Assembly: GCA_030531385.1 (NCBI GenBank)
Contig: JAUNNP010000001.1
Location: 18,402-82,401, forward strand
Direction: 5' to 3'
From: Eubacteriales bacterium
GTDB taxonomy: Bacteria > Bacillota > Clostridia > Lachnospirales > Lachnospiraceae
Length of the DNA stretch: 64,000 bases
Part shown: one piece after another, positions 63,862 to 64,000 of the stretch
Layout: each line of letters opens with the position of its first letter
Numbering within the stretch: position 1 is the first letter of the stretch
Notes under the pieces: generated by a model
Databases searched by the model: none
Seen by the model: only the letters and a program-made list of their open reading frames with translations
Told to the model about the DNA's origin: nothing
Program-made: the position numbers and the translations under genes

Positions 63862-64000
63862 TTATTTAAGCAGTGATGGATGCGGGAAATATCTGAACAT
63901 AACCTTGGCAATTACCTTGTCCTTCGGTATGTAACTATTTTCCCAATATCTGGCATCAAGTGAGCTGTTTCTGTTGTCACCAAGGAAGAAATAACAGCCC
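63862..64000 (-). CDS. lepB: Signal peptidase I, C-terminal 45 codons (5' part lies beyond the window end)
   Basis: Reverse translation gives ...GCYFFLGDNRNSSLDARYWENSYIPKDKVIAKVMFRYFPHPSLLK*. GDNRxxSxD(S/A)RYW is SPase I box E. Stop at 63862-63864. Confidence 0.85.
   Translation of the reverse strand, partial: GCYFFLGDNRNSSLDARYWENSYIPKDKVIAKVMFRYFPHPSLLK

Overview
This 64-kb window is chromosomal DNA from a Firmicute of class Clostridia. Gene content and synteny look Lachnospiraceae-like, but that placement is inference only. I count about 62 protein genes, roughly 90% of them on the minus strand. I found no rRNA, tRNA, CRISPR array, IS element or integrase.

Gene content, left to right:
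- 1-2.8 kb: 3' part of the S10 ribosomal operon (rpsJ-rplC-rplD-rplW-rplB).
- 3-5.6 kb: a cell-wall-binding-repeat protein and a SAM methyltransferase.
- 5.6-13 kb: acyltransferase, prs, DnaD/DnaI-type helicase loaders, murC and rny.
- 13-20.7 kb: a GntR regulator, membrane-fusion protein (MFP) and RND pump, followed by two TolC-like paralogs.
- 20.7-27.7 kb: ispE, an L,D-transpeptidase, yhaM, trkH/trkA and rplM-rpsI.
- 27.9-32.4 kb: truA, ECF transporter energizing genes in the order A1-T-A2, and murG.
- 32.4-38.5 kb: a two-component system (TCS), an approximately 830-aa membrane protein and an ABC-2 transporter.
- 38.6-54.3 kb: a cell-wall polysaccharide region (plsC, Wzm-like permease, rmlC, Wzy-like protein, htrA, LCP protein, WbaP-like transferase, GT2 glycosyltransferases).
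- 54.3-57.9 kb: deoB-udp-rpiB plus an HddA-like GHMP kinase, translationally linked to the GT2 genes.
- 57.9-59.3 kb: DUF2752, a zinc-ribbon/DUF4234 protein and a small ribbon-helix-helix (RHH) protein.
- 59.4-60.6 kb: a PerR-like regulator, reverse rubrerythrin and rubredoxin.
- 60.8-64 kb: crotonase, a Sir2 deacylase, a lipoprotein homolog of trigger factor, and the 3' end of lepB.

Most of the window is housekeeping. I see no recognisable defence or mobile system. The best candidates for undescribed biology are:
1. The TCS / giant ectoprotein / ABC-2 operon (32.4-38.5 kb).
2. The pentose-phosphate and GHMP kinase module fused to a glycopolymer operon (54.3-57.9 kb).
3. The RND pump with two TolC-like proteins in an apparently monoderm genome.
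4. The lipid-anchored trigger-factor paralog next to lepB.
5. An S10 protein with a histone-like basic tail.

Family assignments come from reading motifs by eye; no database search was run. Coordinates of hairpins and promoters were hand-counted and may be off by a few nucleotides.
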